From: Candidatus Pyrohabitans jungbluthii
GTDB taxonomy: Archaea > Hydrothermarchaeota > Hydrothermarchaeia > Hydrothermarchaeales > BMS3B
Assembly (NCBI GenBank): GCA_002010065.2
Contig: MTMD02000002.1
Span: 160,001 to 224,000 of the forward strand
DNA: 64,000 bases
Reading direction: 5' to 3'
The position numbers and the translations under genes are program-made. The number at the start of each line of letters is the position of its first letter. The stretch's first letter is position 1. The notes below the pieces were generated by a model. The model ran no database searches and was not told the DNA's origin. It worked only from the letters and a program-made list of their open reading frames with translations. Positions 28,735 to 37,517 of the stretch are shown here, piece after piece.

Positions 28735-29484
28735 TCAGATTCCGTAGAACCTCCTCGCATTCGCAGATACTGTGCTTCTCACTTTCTCCTCGCTCATGCC
28801 CTTGAGCTCAGCCAACGTCTCAACACTCGCGAAGATGAACACCGGCTGGTTGCGCTTCTCTCCCTTAATTGGTGAGAGGTAGGGGGAATCTGTCTCCAGG
28901 ATTATGCTCTCAAGGGGCAAGGCACGAGCAAGGCGCTGCTGATGCTCCGAGAAGCACAGGTTCGTGGCGAGGGAGATGCTGTAGCCGCTTTCTAGGATTC
29001 TTATAGCCGTCTCCACACTTCCGCCGTAGCAGTGGAAGAGTGCCTTCTCCACCTCAAGATTGAGAAGCATGCGAAGCGCCTCTTCCTCCGCTTCCCGTGC
29101 ATGCACCACCAGGGGGAGGGAATGCTCCTTTGCTAGAGTAGCCACAGCCTCAAAAACTTCCTTCTGCCTCTGCACATTCTCCCTGTCCAGGTGGTAGTCT
29201 AATCCCGCTTCGCCCAGGGCAACAAGCTGGTCTATGCTCTTTTCTATGCGCTCAAGCATTGCCTCAACGGCGCTCCTCTCCATCTTCGCCGCTTTGTACG
29301 GGTGAATGCCCGCAGTAGTGTAGATGAACTTATATTGCTGGGAGAGCTCCAGGGATTTGGCTAAGGTCGCCTGGGTAACGGCGCAGTCAACAACGCTTAG
29401 CCTTGCGCGCCTGCATCTCGCTATAACCTCTTCGCGGTCGCGGTTGAACTTCTTGAATGAGAGGTGGGCGTGGGCGTCCAGCAT
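28735..29484 (-). CDS. tatD: TatD family hydrolase/DNase
   Basis: DAHAHL, GIHP, GEAGLDY, VVHAR, FHCY, LETDSPY. Confidence 0.92.
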   Translation of the reverse strand: MLDAHAHLSFKKFNRDREEVIARCRRARLSVVDCAVTQATLAKSLELSQQYKFIYTTAGIHPYKAAKMERSAVEAMLERIEKSIDQLVALGEAGLDYHLDRENVQRQKEVFEAVATLAKEHSLPLVVHAREAEEEALRMLLNLEVEKALFHCYGGSVETAIRILESGYSISLATNLCFSEHQQRLARALPLESIILETDSPYLSPIKGEKRNQPVFIFASVETLAELKGMSEEKVRSTVSANARRFYGI

Positions 29485-29529
29485 GCTGCTCCTTCTGCTC
29501 CGAAGGATAAAAAGGTATCCTGCACAAAA

Positions 29530-29566
29530 TTTATATAGTATTACTTTTTACTGCAAAAGTAATACT
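29530..29566 (+). promoter_or_regulatory. TATA box plus NikR-like operator upstream of the ECF Ni/Co transporter
   Basis: TTTATATA at 29530-29537; perfect inverted repeat AGTATTACTTTT-N6-AAAAGTAATACT at 29537-29566, equal to GTATTA-N16-TAATAC. Confidence 0.75.
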
Positions 29567-29588
29567 TAATATGAGGAGGTGAAATAGT

Positions 29589-30221
29589 TTGCATATTCCC
29601 GATGGGTTCATACCCCTGAGTCAGGCTGTGATTTATACCATAGTTGCCATTGCATTTATTGCACATTCCATCAAGTGGGCGCGGGAGGAGTTTCATGAAG
29701 TCCCCCTCTTTGCCACCCTCGCTGCAGGCATATTTGCGATTCAGGCGCTCAACATACCCATACCCTGGGGTACCTCCGGGCACATGACCGGTGGTGTTCT
29801 CGCTGCAATACTCCTGGGCTCCCCCTGGGCAGGTGTGTTTCTCCTCACCCTGGTGCTGGTGGTGCAGGCTCTTTTCTTTGCCGACGGCGGCATAACAGTG
29901 CTCGGAGCGAACATTCTAAACATGGGTGTTATTTCAAGCTTTGTTGGGTACTACATCTACGTTGCCTTGAGAGGCAGAATAGGCATCGCCAGTGCCAGCT
30001 TCATTGGAGCATGGCTTGGCCTTGTCACAGCTGCCCTCGCCACTGCAGTGGAGTTAGCGATCGCCGGCACCTTTCCACTGCGTGAGGGTTTGCTGTTCAT
30101 GGGCCTCTACCACATGGTGATAGGCTTGGTAGCTGAGGGCACACTTACAGCGCTTGTGGTTACCACTGTGCTCAAAGTCAGCCCGGACATGCTTCCTGCC
30201 AAGGCAAGGGAGGTGGTGTAA
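29589..30221 (+). CDS. cbiM: ECF Co/Ni transporter substrate-binding component CbiM/NikM
   Basis: N-terminal MHIPDGF (TTG start after GGAGGTG), GTSGH, QALFFADGGIT. Confidence 0.93.
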   Translation: MHIPDGFIPLSQAVIYTIVAIAFIAHSIKWAREEFHEVPLFATLAAGIFAIQALNIPIPWGTSGHMTGGVLAAILLGSPWAGVFLLTLVLVVQALFFADGGITVLGANILNMGVISSFVGYYIYVALRGRIGIASASFIGAWLGLVTAALATAVELAIAGTFPLREGLLFMGLYHMVIGLVAEGTLTALVVTTVLKVSPDMLPAKAREVV

Positions 30222-30506
30222 ATGCTGCAGGAGCGCAGGTATCTCCTAGCGCTGGGTATTGCCTTTCTTATAGCAGTGCTTGCGCCTTTTCTCGCTTCGC
30301 CCAATCCCGACGGCCTGGAGAGCACCGCTGAGAAGTTTGAAAGCGCTCAAGATAAGGAGCTTGAACTTGTCTCCTCGCCCTTCCCGGACTACACCATACC
30401 TGGTATTGAGGGTAGCGCTTCAGAGGTTGCGGCGATGCTCATTGGCACAGCGCTCATCTTCATCTTAAGCTTTGGTGCTGCTAAGGCTCTGGCGAAGGCG
30501 GGGTAA
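30222..30506 (+). CDS. PDGLE-domain accessory component (NikN/CbiN-like)
   Basis: ASPNPDGLE motif, FPDY, two TM helices. Confidence 0.88.
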   Translation: MLQERRYLLALGIAFLIAVLAPFLASPNPDGLESTAEKFESAQDKELELVSSPFPDYTIPGIEGSASEVAAMLIGTALIFILSFGAAKALAKAG

Positions 30507-31346
30507 ATGCACATCATCGAAACCCAGAGGCTGTGCTACAATTACCCCGACGGAACTACAGCGCTTCGCCAGGTTGACTTCATAGTAAACAGAAGCGAGA
30601 TAGTTGCAGTACTCGGAGCCAACGGCGCGGGCAAGACCACGCTGCTCAAGCACCTCAATGGTTTGCTAACCCCAACCTCCGGCAGGGTGCTCGTCGCCGG
30701 AGAGGAGATTACCAGGGAAAATCTGCTGTGGGTTCGCAAGACTGTGGGACTGGTCTTCCAGAACCCGGAGGAGCAGCTTTTTGCACCGAGCGTGGAAGAG
30801 GACGTAGCCTTTGGGCCGAGAAACCTGGGGTTGAGCGAGGACGTGGTGCAGCACCGCGTAGAGGAGGCACTGAAGCTGGTGGGCATGCAGGGCTACGAGG
30901 AGAAGGCGCCCCACAACCTGAGCTATGGAGAGAAGAAGCGCATCGCAATCGCTGGTGTGCTCGCCATGGAGCCCCAGGTGCTTGTGCTGGACGAGCCCAC
31001 CTCTGGCTTGGATCCTCTTGGCGTGGAGGAGCTGGTAAGGCTTCTCAAACGTCTGCGCAGGCTGGGGCTCAGCCTGGTAATCGCCACCCACGACGTTGAC
31101 CTCGTGCCAATGCTGGCTGACAGGGTGTACCTGCTCCACAGGGGCAGTGTTGTGGGCGAAGGTACTGCTGAGGAGATATTCACGAGGGTTGTTCGTGGTG
31201 CGCCGGAGAGGTATAACCTGCGCCTGCCCTACGTTGCCCAGCTTTTGCTCAGGCTGCAGGAGATGGGCTTTGATGTGGAGGTCAAGCTTACTGTTGAAGA
31301 CACTGCGCAGGAGGTAGCAAGGCATCTGGGAGCAGGAAATATTTGA
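30507..31346 (+). CDS. cbiO: ECF transporter ATPase
   Basis: GANGAGKT, FQNPEEQ, LSYGEKKR, LDEPT, ATHD. Confidence 0.92.
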   Translation: MHIIETQRLCYNYPDGTTALRQVDFIVNRSEIVAVLGANGAGKTTLLKHLNGLLTPTSGRVLVAGEEITRENLLWVRKTVGLVFQNPEEQLFAPSVEEDVAFGPRNLGLSEDVVQHRVEEALKLVGMQGYEEKAPHNLSYGEKKRIAIAGVLAMEPQVLVLDEPTSGLDPLGVEELVRLLKRLRRLGLSLVIATHDVDLVPMLADRVYLLHRGSVVGEGTAEEIFTRVVRGAPERYNLRLPYVAQLLLRLQEMGFDVEVKLTVEDTAQEVARHLGAGNI

Positions 31347-32130
31347 GATTGAGAGAGAGGCGCTCAAGCATAGCTTAATCCACGGCATCGACGCGAGGGT
31401 AAAGCTCTTCTCCACCCTCTCCTTAATTTTGGTGGCAGTGTTTCTTGGGCGAAGTGAGGAAATTGAGCTTAAGAGTAAGATGCTGAGCCTCGCGCTGCTC
31501 CAGACTTACATAGTGCTCCTTGTCCTCCTGGCGAAGCTCAACCTCCGCTTCTTTTTTCTGCGCGTCGCCTTAATTTTGCCCTTTGGGGGGAGCATCGCTT
31601 TGCTGAGGCCTTTCTTCGAGCCCGGAGAGGTGATTTTCTCATTTTACGTAATTAATGTTACTCGGGAAGGCGTTGCTGCCGGCGCTGTGCTGCTTGCGAT
31701 AATTGTTGTAAGCGTCTCAGCGGTGGTGCTGCTCTCCTCAACCACGCGCATGCAAGCGCTCATCGCAGCCCTGCGCAGCTTCCGCGTACCGGGCGAGGTT
31801 GTGCTCATTCTGGGCATGACATTGCGCTTCATTTTCCTGTACATGCGGAGCTTTCAGGAGGTGGTTCAGGCGCAGCGCAACCGCGCCTTTTCCCTGCGCA
31901 GCAAGCGGGTTAAGCGAAGCCATGTGCTTCGCGTGCTCGCTTACACGGCGGCGATGATATTCATACGCGCTTATAAGCACGGAGAGGCAATTTACCAGGC
32001 GATGCTGAGCAGGGGGTATAATCCAGAGATGCTGCGTTCATGGCAGGCGAAGAAGCTCCGCGGGCGGGACTACCTCTTCGCGTGCGTTAGCCTTGCCGTC
32101 TTCGCCCTCGCAGCTTGGGTGGCGTTTTAA
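31324..32130 (+). CDS. cbiQ: ECF transporter transmembrane component CbiQ/NikQ (start codon uncertain)
   Basis: SLIHGIDARVKL lies in frame upstream of the first canonical start (31429); also LSSTT, AQRNR and AMLSRGY. Confidence 0.88.
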   Translation: MWEQEIFEIEREALKHSLIHGIDARVKLFSTLSLILVAVFLGRSEEIELKSKMLSLALLQTYIVLLVLLAKLNLRFFFLRVALILPFGGSIALLRPFFEPGEVIFSFYVINVTREGVAAGAVLLAIIVVSVSAVVLLSSTTRMQALIAALRSFRVPGEVVLILGMTLRFIFLYMRSFQEVVQAQRNRAFSLRSKRVKRSHVLRVLAYTAAMIFIRAYKHGEAIYQAMLSRGYNPEMLRSWQAKKLRGRDYLFACVSLAVFALAAWVAF

Positions 32131-32136
32131 CCAAAC

Positions 32137-33126
32137 TCACTCCATCTCATCCATCTCGTAAGCTTCCCAGCTTCGCTCGCCCAGCACAATTTCAAGCTCC
32201 TGTGGGGTGAGCATGGGCTTGGGGAAGCGTGGGGCATCTTCAATGGTTATGCGGGGGCACGCTGTATTAACGAATGCGTCAAGTTTGCGGAAGTAGATGA
32301 GATTCTCAGGGGTAATCTCAGCCAGGTGAATTAGGTACGCCTCCCTCTTAAGCTTTTGAAGCTTCTGCCTTATTCGCCTCGCCAGCGCAAGGCGACGCTG
32401 CCCCTGCTTCTCGCCTACGATTATTCCGAAGCGCTTTGCTTCCCTCGCTTTGGCTATTGAGGCGAAGCGCTGCCTCAGGAAGCGTTCCTTTTTCTCCTCC
32501 ATGCTTCTAACCTGTCCGTGGAGTATGTCGAAGGCAACCACAGGCTTAGCCGTCGCAAGAGCAACGCCCAGAGGGTGAAAATCACCGCTGCCTATGTAGG
32601 CAAAGCAGTCCACTTCGCCTGCGATGCTCTTCGCGCAGGCGAAGGAGCAGCCCAGCACTTGCCCTGGGTAGCGCACCCTCCCCCGAGGCTCGCCTATGTG
32701 CACCTCATACCCATGAGCCTCTAAAAACTCCTTAACCTCTGGAAGCAGATGGACGTGCTGTACCGTCGTAATTAAACCCACGCGCTTGCATAGCTTGTCT
32801 AAGTGCTTCTCCAGCAGGGGTATCGCCTGTGCGTTAAGGCGCACCTCAATATAGTGCACAGGTATTTTTGTCTTTCCCAGTAGCTGCGCATGCCCGAAGT
32901 GGAAAAGCGCTTCGGCGCCCAGCTTTGCGGCAGCCTCGTCAGCCAGGTCGCAGGCGCCGTAGCAGGGGTTCGCGGAGATAAGCACCTCCGCACCGGTGAG
33001 AGCCTCAACCTTGGATGCAACCTCCGCAGCGTAGTCGCGCAGCCCCTCCGGGAACTGTAAGCTTACCCGGGAGTACCCTTTTGCTCTGATAATATCTGCG
33101 ATGCGCTCAACTTCAAAATCGTACAT
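32137..33126 (-). CDS. dph2: diphthamide biosynthesis enzyme Dph2
   Basis: LQFPEGL, CYGACD, HFGH, GQVLGC, GDFH, TACPR. Confidence 0.95.
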   Translation of the reverse strand: MYDFEVERIADIIRAKGYSRVSLQFPEGLRDYAAEVASKVEALTGAEVLISANPCYGACDLADEAAAKLGAEALFHFGHAQLLGKTKIPVHYIEVRLNAQAIPLLEKHLDKLCKRVGLITTVQHVHLLPEVKEFLEAHGYEVHIGEPRGRVRYPGQVLGCSFACAKSIAGEVDCFAYIGSGDFHPLGVALATAKPVVAFDILHGQVRSMEEKKERFLRQRFASIAKAREAKRFGIIVGEKQGQRRLALARRIRQKLQKLKREAYLIHLAEITPENLIYFRKLDAFVNTACPRITIEDAPRFPKPMLTPQELEIVLGERSWEAYEMDEME

Positions 33127-33221
33127 TGCTCTCTAAGCAGGGATTAACATGGAAAACCTGCGAAGATGTTTCGAAATCCGTAAGTAAAAATTTATATTTC
33201 TGAAGGAAGCCTAAAATTTAA

Positions 33222-33280
33222 AGGGAGCGGGTGGAGCCGGCAGGTTTACTGTCACCTCCTCTACTCCACCTCCTTTTTTT
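33222..33280 (+). ncRNA. candidate small hairpin RNA with two anti-Shine-Dalgarno motifs
   Basis: BRE/TATA AAAAATTTATA at 33186-33196; GC-rich self-complementary body (GGTGGAG/CTCCACC, AGGT/ACCT); TCACCTCCT and CCACCTCCT; T7 tract at 33274-33280. Confidence 0.4.
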
Positions 33281-33791
33281 AAACCCCAAGCTTCTGGCAC
33301 AGCTCTTCCAGGTAGTCCAGCCAGGCTTCTTCGGTGAGGTTGGGGAAGGAGTAGGTGGCGTTCACCATGAAATAGCGGTCTATGCTCAGCGTCTTAACAT
33401 CTGAGAAGTTCTTCAGCGTCTGGAAGGTCTGGTTCTCTAGGTCGAGGTTAATCGCGAACACTATCAGCAGGTCTGGCTTACCTTTACCGTCGAAGCCTTC
33501 CCAGTCCGGGTCTGTGAGCAGGTGCGTCGCTTCAACCACGCCCGCCTTATGTGCGGGAATCCCGCGCTCAGAGGTGTACCTTATCGCGTGGGCGGTGGCG
33601 ATAACAGCAACACCAGCGTTGCTTAGCCTTTCCACCACGTCGATGAGCTTCTCGTGCTCAGTTATGCGCGCGCCTATGGCTAGAGCGGGGCGTGAAGCCT
33701 GCTTTATTATGCGCGCCGCGAAATCACCATTAACCGGCTTCGCCTTCGTGGGTCCTGCTTCCATAGTTAAGCGCCAGGAAGTGGCTCTCAT
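33279..33791 (-). CDS. cdhB: CO dehydrogenase epsilon subunit
   Basis: ATGA overlap with cdhA; ASRPALAIG, LTDPDWEGFDGKGKPDL, SIDRYF..NATYSFPNL. Confidence 0.9.
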   Translation of the reverse strand: MRATSWRLTMEAGPTKAKPVNGDFAARIIKQASRPALAIGARITEHEKLIDVVERLSNAGVAVIATAHAIRYTSERGIPAHKAGVVEATHLLTDPDWEGFDGKGKPDLLIVFAINLDLENQTFQTLKNFSDVKTLSIDRYFMVNATYSFPNLTEEAWLDYLEELCQKLGV

Positions 33792-36148
33792 TTCCCAGCC
33801 CCCTTCTTCTTCATTATCATCCTTGGAAGCATCGTCGGGTCTGGAATCTTGCGCTCCTTCCAGCCCTTCTCCTTGAGTATCTGCAGTATTTCCTCCTTGG
33901 CGTTTATGGGGATGTCGCTCTCGCTGCGCACGTACAGATGGAGGTCCTCCGGCATGGTGCCGAAGTAGCGCCTGTGGAGGTCTATATAGTGCGCCAGCTT
34001 TATCTGCCTGCCTTTCGTGGTGTCGTTGGGGCGCATCACAAGTTTGGCGATAGCCACCATAGCTTCTTCCTTGCTCTCCGCAACGTAGGCAAGGTGCTCC
34101 GGTGCGGGGTCTGTGACGAGCTTCTCCCCCGTCTTTGCATCGTAAATCTCCCACTTCTCAGGTATATCCTTTCTGCCCAGGTAAAGCCTGCGATACTTAG
34201 TGCCCGTCGGACCCATGATGACAGGGATACCCCAGCGGTTTAACCCTGTGCCTATGGAGAGTGCCTTCGCGGACATTGCACCCCACACAACACCGACGGC
34301 GCCAACGCGGTGCAGGATGTAATCTGCGATCTCCTCAAAGTTTGCACGCAGGCTTCGGCGAGCGAAGATGTAGGGTATCTTTATCGCCGCCCCCAGAATG
34401 TGTGCGTTCGCAACGCAGGAACCAACGTTCACAAGTCCGCCAGCATCGAAGATGCCGGGATAGCGCTCGTACAGCGTCTCGCCGTTCTCGTCCTTGTAGC
34501 GTGCTATTGCCATGGCGGCGCAGCCAGAGGTGACCACGATAAAGTTGCGCTTAAGGAACTCCTCTGCCATCTCAGCAACTTCTATAGCGCCGTTGGCGAA
34601 GTTGGTGCAGCCAGCGAAGGCGACCACGCCTGGAATCTCGCCAAACACGATAGGTGCGCCCACATTGCGAATCTCAGTGTCGAGAATTGGTCCTCGCCCA
34701 ATGCGTATCTTGTAGCTCTGAGAGTAGGTTTCGCCCTCAGCAGCCTTCTCCATCAGCGAGACTATCTTTATATCCCGCGGGCACGCGCTCTCGCAACGCA
34801 TGCAGCCCACGCAGAGCTTGCGAAGAGAGGCGAGCTTCTCAAAGCTGCCCTTCGCAGCCTCTTTAAGCGCCGCCGATATGTGCAGATTCACAGGGCACGC
34901 GCGCTGGCATTTTTCGCAGCTAACACAGCGCGCGCTCTCATTGCGAAGTTCCTCCTCCTCGGGCAATGCTTTGCCCTTAAATTCAGCGCGCTTCGCAGCT
35001 ATGCGCTCCGCCACCTTAACGGCGACCTCGCCAACCTTCTCTGGCTTGTGTATGAATACGCCGGGCAGGCGGTAGCTCACCAGGTCTTCTACTATAGCCT
35101 CGGGATCATCGTCGGTGCGGTCCGGCAAGCCCAGGCCCATCTTGTCGTTTGTCGCTATTACAGGGGTGCGAACCTTCATCGCCTCTTCCAGAATGTCGGT
35201 GCGCACGCACTGCTCATCCACCACTATCACATCGGCGATGCCGGAGCGCACAAAGCGAATCTGCTCGCTCAGCGGACCAATGATCTTGGCGCTCTTGTCG
35301 CGCCGTTGCAAATCGTGGGCGGTGCAGCAGATGCCTGCGATTTCAACTTTATCCGCCTTGCCGTAAGCCTCGGCGTAGGTTATGACCTCCGCGCCTGGTG
35401 CAACATTGTGCCCTATGAAGAGGATTAAAGGCTTGTCCTTATCTACGCTGCCGTAGCCAAGCTCGGCAAGGGGTGCGTCGGGATCGCCCTTGGGGAAGTC
35501 GTAGCCCACTATCTGCGCTAGGTCGGCGATCTCCTTAACCAGGTTGTCTATCATGCCCGCGTGCAGCGCCTTGGACTCGAGGTCGAGGTGGTCGCCTTCT
35601 TGCCCAGTGTGCACACTCGAGAGCAGATTCTGGATTTCGCGCTCCGCATACTCCATACCTTCGAGCAGGTCGCCCAGAGTCTGGGGCTTCTTGCCTATTA
35701 TGGTGCGGTAGATGGGCGCCTCGGTTTCAATGTTTAAGCCAAGGTCTATCCTGTAGTCGGCGCCCAGGCGTTCAATCTGGTGCTCAAGCATGTGCCTTGC
35801 ATGCGCACCATGACAGGCGGCGCCTATCACGCACTCGAGCAAGATTAACCTCGCCTGCTGCGCGCGCTGCGTAATCCCGCAGGCGCCCTTCTTATCCTTG
35901 GTGAGGTCACACTTGCCGTAGCTGCACAGACAGCACATGTCGCAGGTGGGCGAATAGAAGGGCTCATAACGGTTGAGGAGCTTCTTGTCCCACTCGCGCA
36001 GCTCAACCCAGCTTGGCTTTGGAGTTGGACCCATGGGCTCAGCCCAGGTATCCTCCTCAATCTCGCCTATCTCAATAACCAGGTCTCCAATCTTAATCGT
36101 GGGGGACTCAGCTTTTGTAATCTTGACCTTTTTGGGCTTTGTGGCCAT
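33788..36148 (-). CDS. cdhA: archaeal Ni-CO dehydrogenase alpha subunit
   Basis: MGPTPKP, CDMCCLCSYGKC, GHN, GICCT, DEQC, two ferredoxin motifs, GCTN, SGC, GSCVANAH. Confidence 0.96.
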   Translation of the reverse strand: MATKPKKVKITKAESPTIKIGDLVIEIGEIEEDTWAEPMGPTPKPSWVELREWDKKLLNRYEPFYSPTCDMCCLCSYGKCDLTKDKKGACGITQRAQQARLILLECVIGAACHGAHARHMLEHQIERLGADYRIDLGLNIETEAPIYRTIIGKKPQTLGDLLEGMEYAEREIQNLLSSVHTGQEGDHLDLESKALHAGMIDNLVKEIADLAQIVGYDFPKGDPDAPLAELGYGSVDKDKPLILFIGHNVAPGAEVITYAEAYGKADKVEIAGICCTAHDLQRRDKSAKIIGPLSEQIRFVRSGIADVIVVDEQCVRTDILEEAMKVRTPVIATNDKMGLGLPDRTDDDPEAIVEDLVSYRLPGVFIHKPEKVGEVAVKVAERIAAKRAEFKGKALPEEEELRNESARCVSCEKCQRACPVNLHISAALKEAAKGSFEKLASLRKLCVGCMRCESACPRDIKIVSLMEKAAEGETYSQSYKIRIGRGPILDTEIRNVGAPIVFGEIPGVVAFAGCTNFANGAIEVAEMAEEFLKRNFIVVTSGCAAMAIARYKDENGETLYERYPGIFDAGGLVNVGSCVANAHILGAAIKIPYIFARRSLRANFEEIADYILHRVGAVGVVWGAMSAKALSIGTGLNRWGIPVIMGPTGTKYRRLYLGRKDIPEKWEIYDAKTGEKLVTDPAPEHLAYVAESKEEAMVAIAKLVMRPNDTTKGRQIKLAHYIDLHRRYFGTMPEDLHLYVRSESDIPINAKEEILQILKEKGWKERKIPDPTMLPRMIMKKKGAGK

Positions 36149-36157
36149 TTTCCTCAC

Positions 36158-37288
36158 CTAAAACTTCATGTTCCTGTATGGTGGGGGGAGAATCTGGCGT
36201 ATTCTACGCCTTATCTCCTTCTTTGCGTTCTTCTCCTTCCTCTGCTGAAGCTTGCGCGCTATCTCTAAGCCTTTCTCCTCTTTCAGTTCGACGGTGTCGA
36301 AGAGCCCTGCGTTGAGCATCTCATCCAGAAGCTTCGCTGCTTCTTCGCTTCTCGCGAGCACAGTTGTGTAGCCAGGAGGCGAGCCCACGCTTCCCACGGC
36401 GAAGTCCGCCAGCCTTCCTGTAAAGTCGGTGCACACCTTGCAGGGCTCGCGCTTGTACTTGTACGCCTCCTTCAGGGGGATCTCCACCTTGCTTCCGTCG
36501 CGGGTGTAAACTAGGAAGTGCTTGCCCTTTATGTCCACCTTAACTACGTCCTCCAGGCTAACCCCGTAGCTGCGCTGCACAAGCTCTGTCATTAGCTCAT
36601 AAAGGAAGTTTGAGGAGCAGAAGATGGATATGGTGAGCTTTATCCTGCGCGCCAGATCCACATCTTCCACTGGGTAAAACTGAAGCTTCCGCGCAGCCTC
36701 TATCTGACAGGGTACGCCCACTATGGCGAGTTTCTCAAGCTTAGCCTTCTTCGCCTCCTTCAGCGCCGACAGGTTGGGGGAGTTGGAGTAGCGCGTTCCA
36801 GCGGTGGCGAGAAGCTCCTCTGGCTCAGTCACAAGCCTCGCTTCGGGGTACCATAGCGTGCCCTCTTTTACTCCGCCAACTATGGCGCCGTCTATAATCC
36901 CCTTCTCAAGGGCATATTTAAGCAACGCCGTTACGAAGCCGCCGTCCTGCGCAGCCTTTGCTATGCCCTCGTCTTTAGTTTTAACCCCTATGCGCTTTAG
37001 CACGAAGCCCAGCTCGTCCTCAGTAATGCTTCCAAAAAGCTTCTCCTCTATCTCATCGGCGTTGAAAAAGCTTCGAGGGCACTGCATTAGGCAATAACCG
37101 CACTCTGTGCACTCACCCACAAGGCGGGGGAACTCGTCGACGCGAATCACATCCTCAGGGCAAACAGCCTCGCAGTTTCCGCATCCACAGCACAGGTCGC
37201 GAAATATAACCTCATGCTCTAGCCCAGTGAAGCCCTCCTCTCGCCCAAGCCAGAGGTACTCAAGAAGGTCCTGCTCCGCAACAACCAT
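36158..37288 (-). CDS. F420-binding FrhB/FpoF/FqoF-family subunit with N-terminal 2[4Fe-4S] domain
   Basis: CCGCGNCEAVCP, CTECGYCLMQCP, AQDGGFVT, GTRY, VGVPCQ, IFC, CKVCTDF, VGSVGSP. Confidence 0.88.
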   Translation of the reverse strand: MVVAEQDLLEYLWLGREEGFTGLEHEVIFRDLCCGCGNCEAVCPEDVIRVDEFPRLVGECTECGYCLMQCPRSFFNADEIEEKLFGSITEDELGFVLKRIGVKTKDEGIAKAAQDGGFVTALLKYALEKGIIDGAIVGGVKEGTLWYPEARLVTEPEELLATAGTRYSNSPNLSALKEAKKAKLEKLAIVGVPCQIEAARKLQFYPVEDVDLARRIKLTISIFCSSNFLYELMTELVQRSYGVSLEDVVKVDIKGKHFLVYTRDGSKVEIPLKEAYKYKREPCKVCTDFTGRLADFAVGSVGSPPGYTTVLARSEEAAKLLDEMLNAGLFDTVELKEEKGLEIARKLQQRKEKNAKKEIRRRIRQILPPPYRNMKF

Positions 37289-37517
37289 TCTTCTTCCTCC
37301 ACGCGCACTGCCCTTACGTTGAGGTTTCACCTCATGTAAATTTTGTGATTTTTCATGATTAACTATGACAAATCCCGTAGGCAAGCTTTTTCAGAAAAGC
37401 TACCCTTAAATCTTAAATATAGGGGGTAACCCGCAAACCCGCCGTAGCAACGCCCGGGATGAAGGTTTTGGAAGTGGTGAACAAGAGCATAGCGGGGGAG
37501 GTATCCTTAAAGGCCGG

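Noticed and set aside
33792-34154. N-terminal extension of the 291-aa ORF containing cdhB
   Set aside because: It overlaps cdhA in another frame; CdhB similarity begins at ATG 33791.
34310-35428. 372-aa + strand ORF and other long antisense ORFs (e.g. 2531-3238, 30666-31415, 40400-41047)
   Set aside because: They lie opposite well-supported genes, have no motifs, and are expected shadow ORFs of GC-rich coding DNA.
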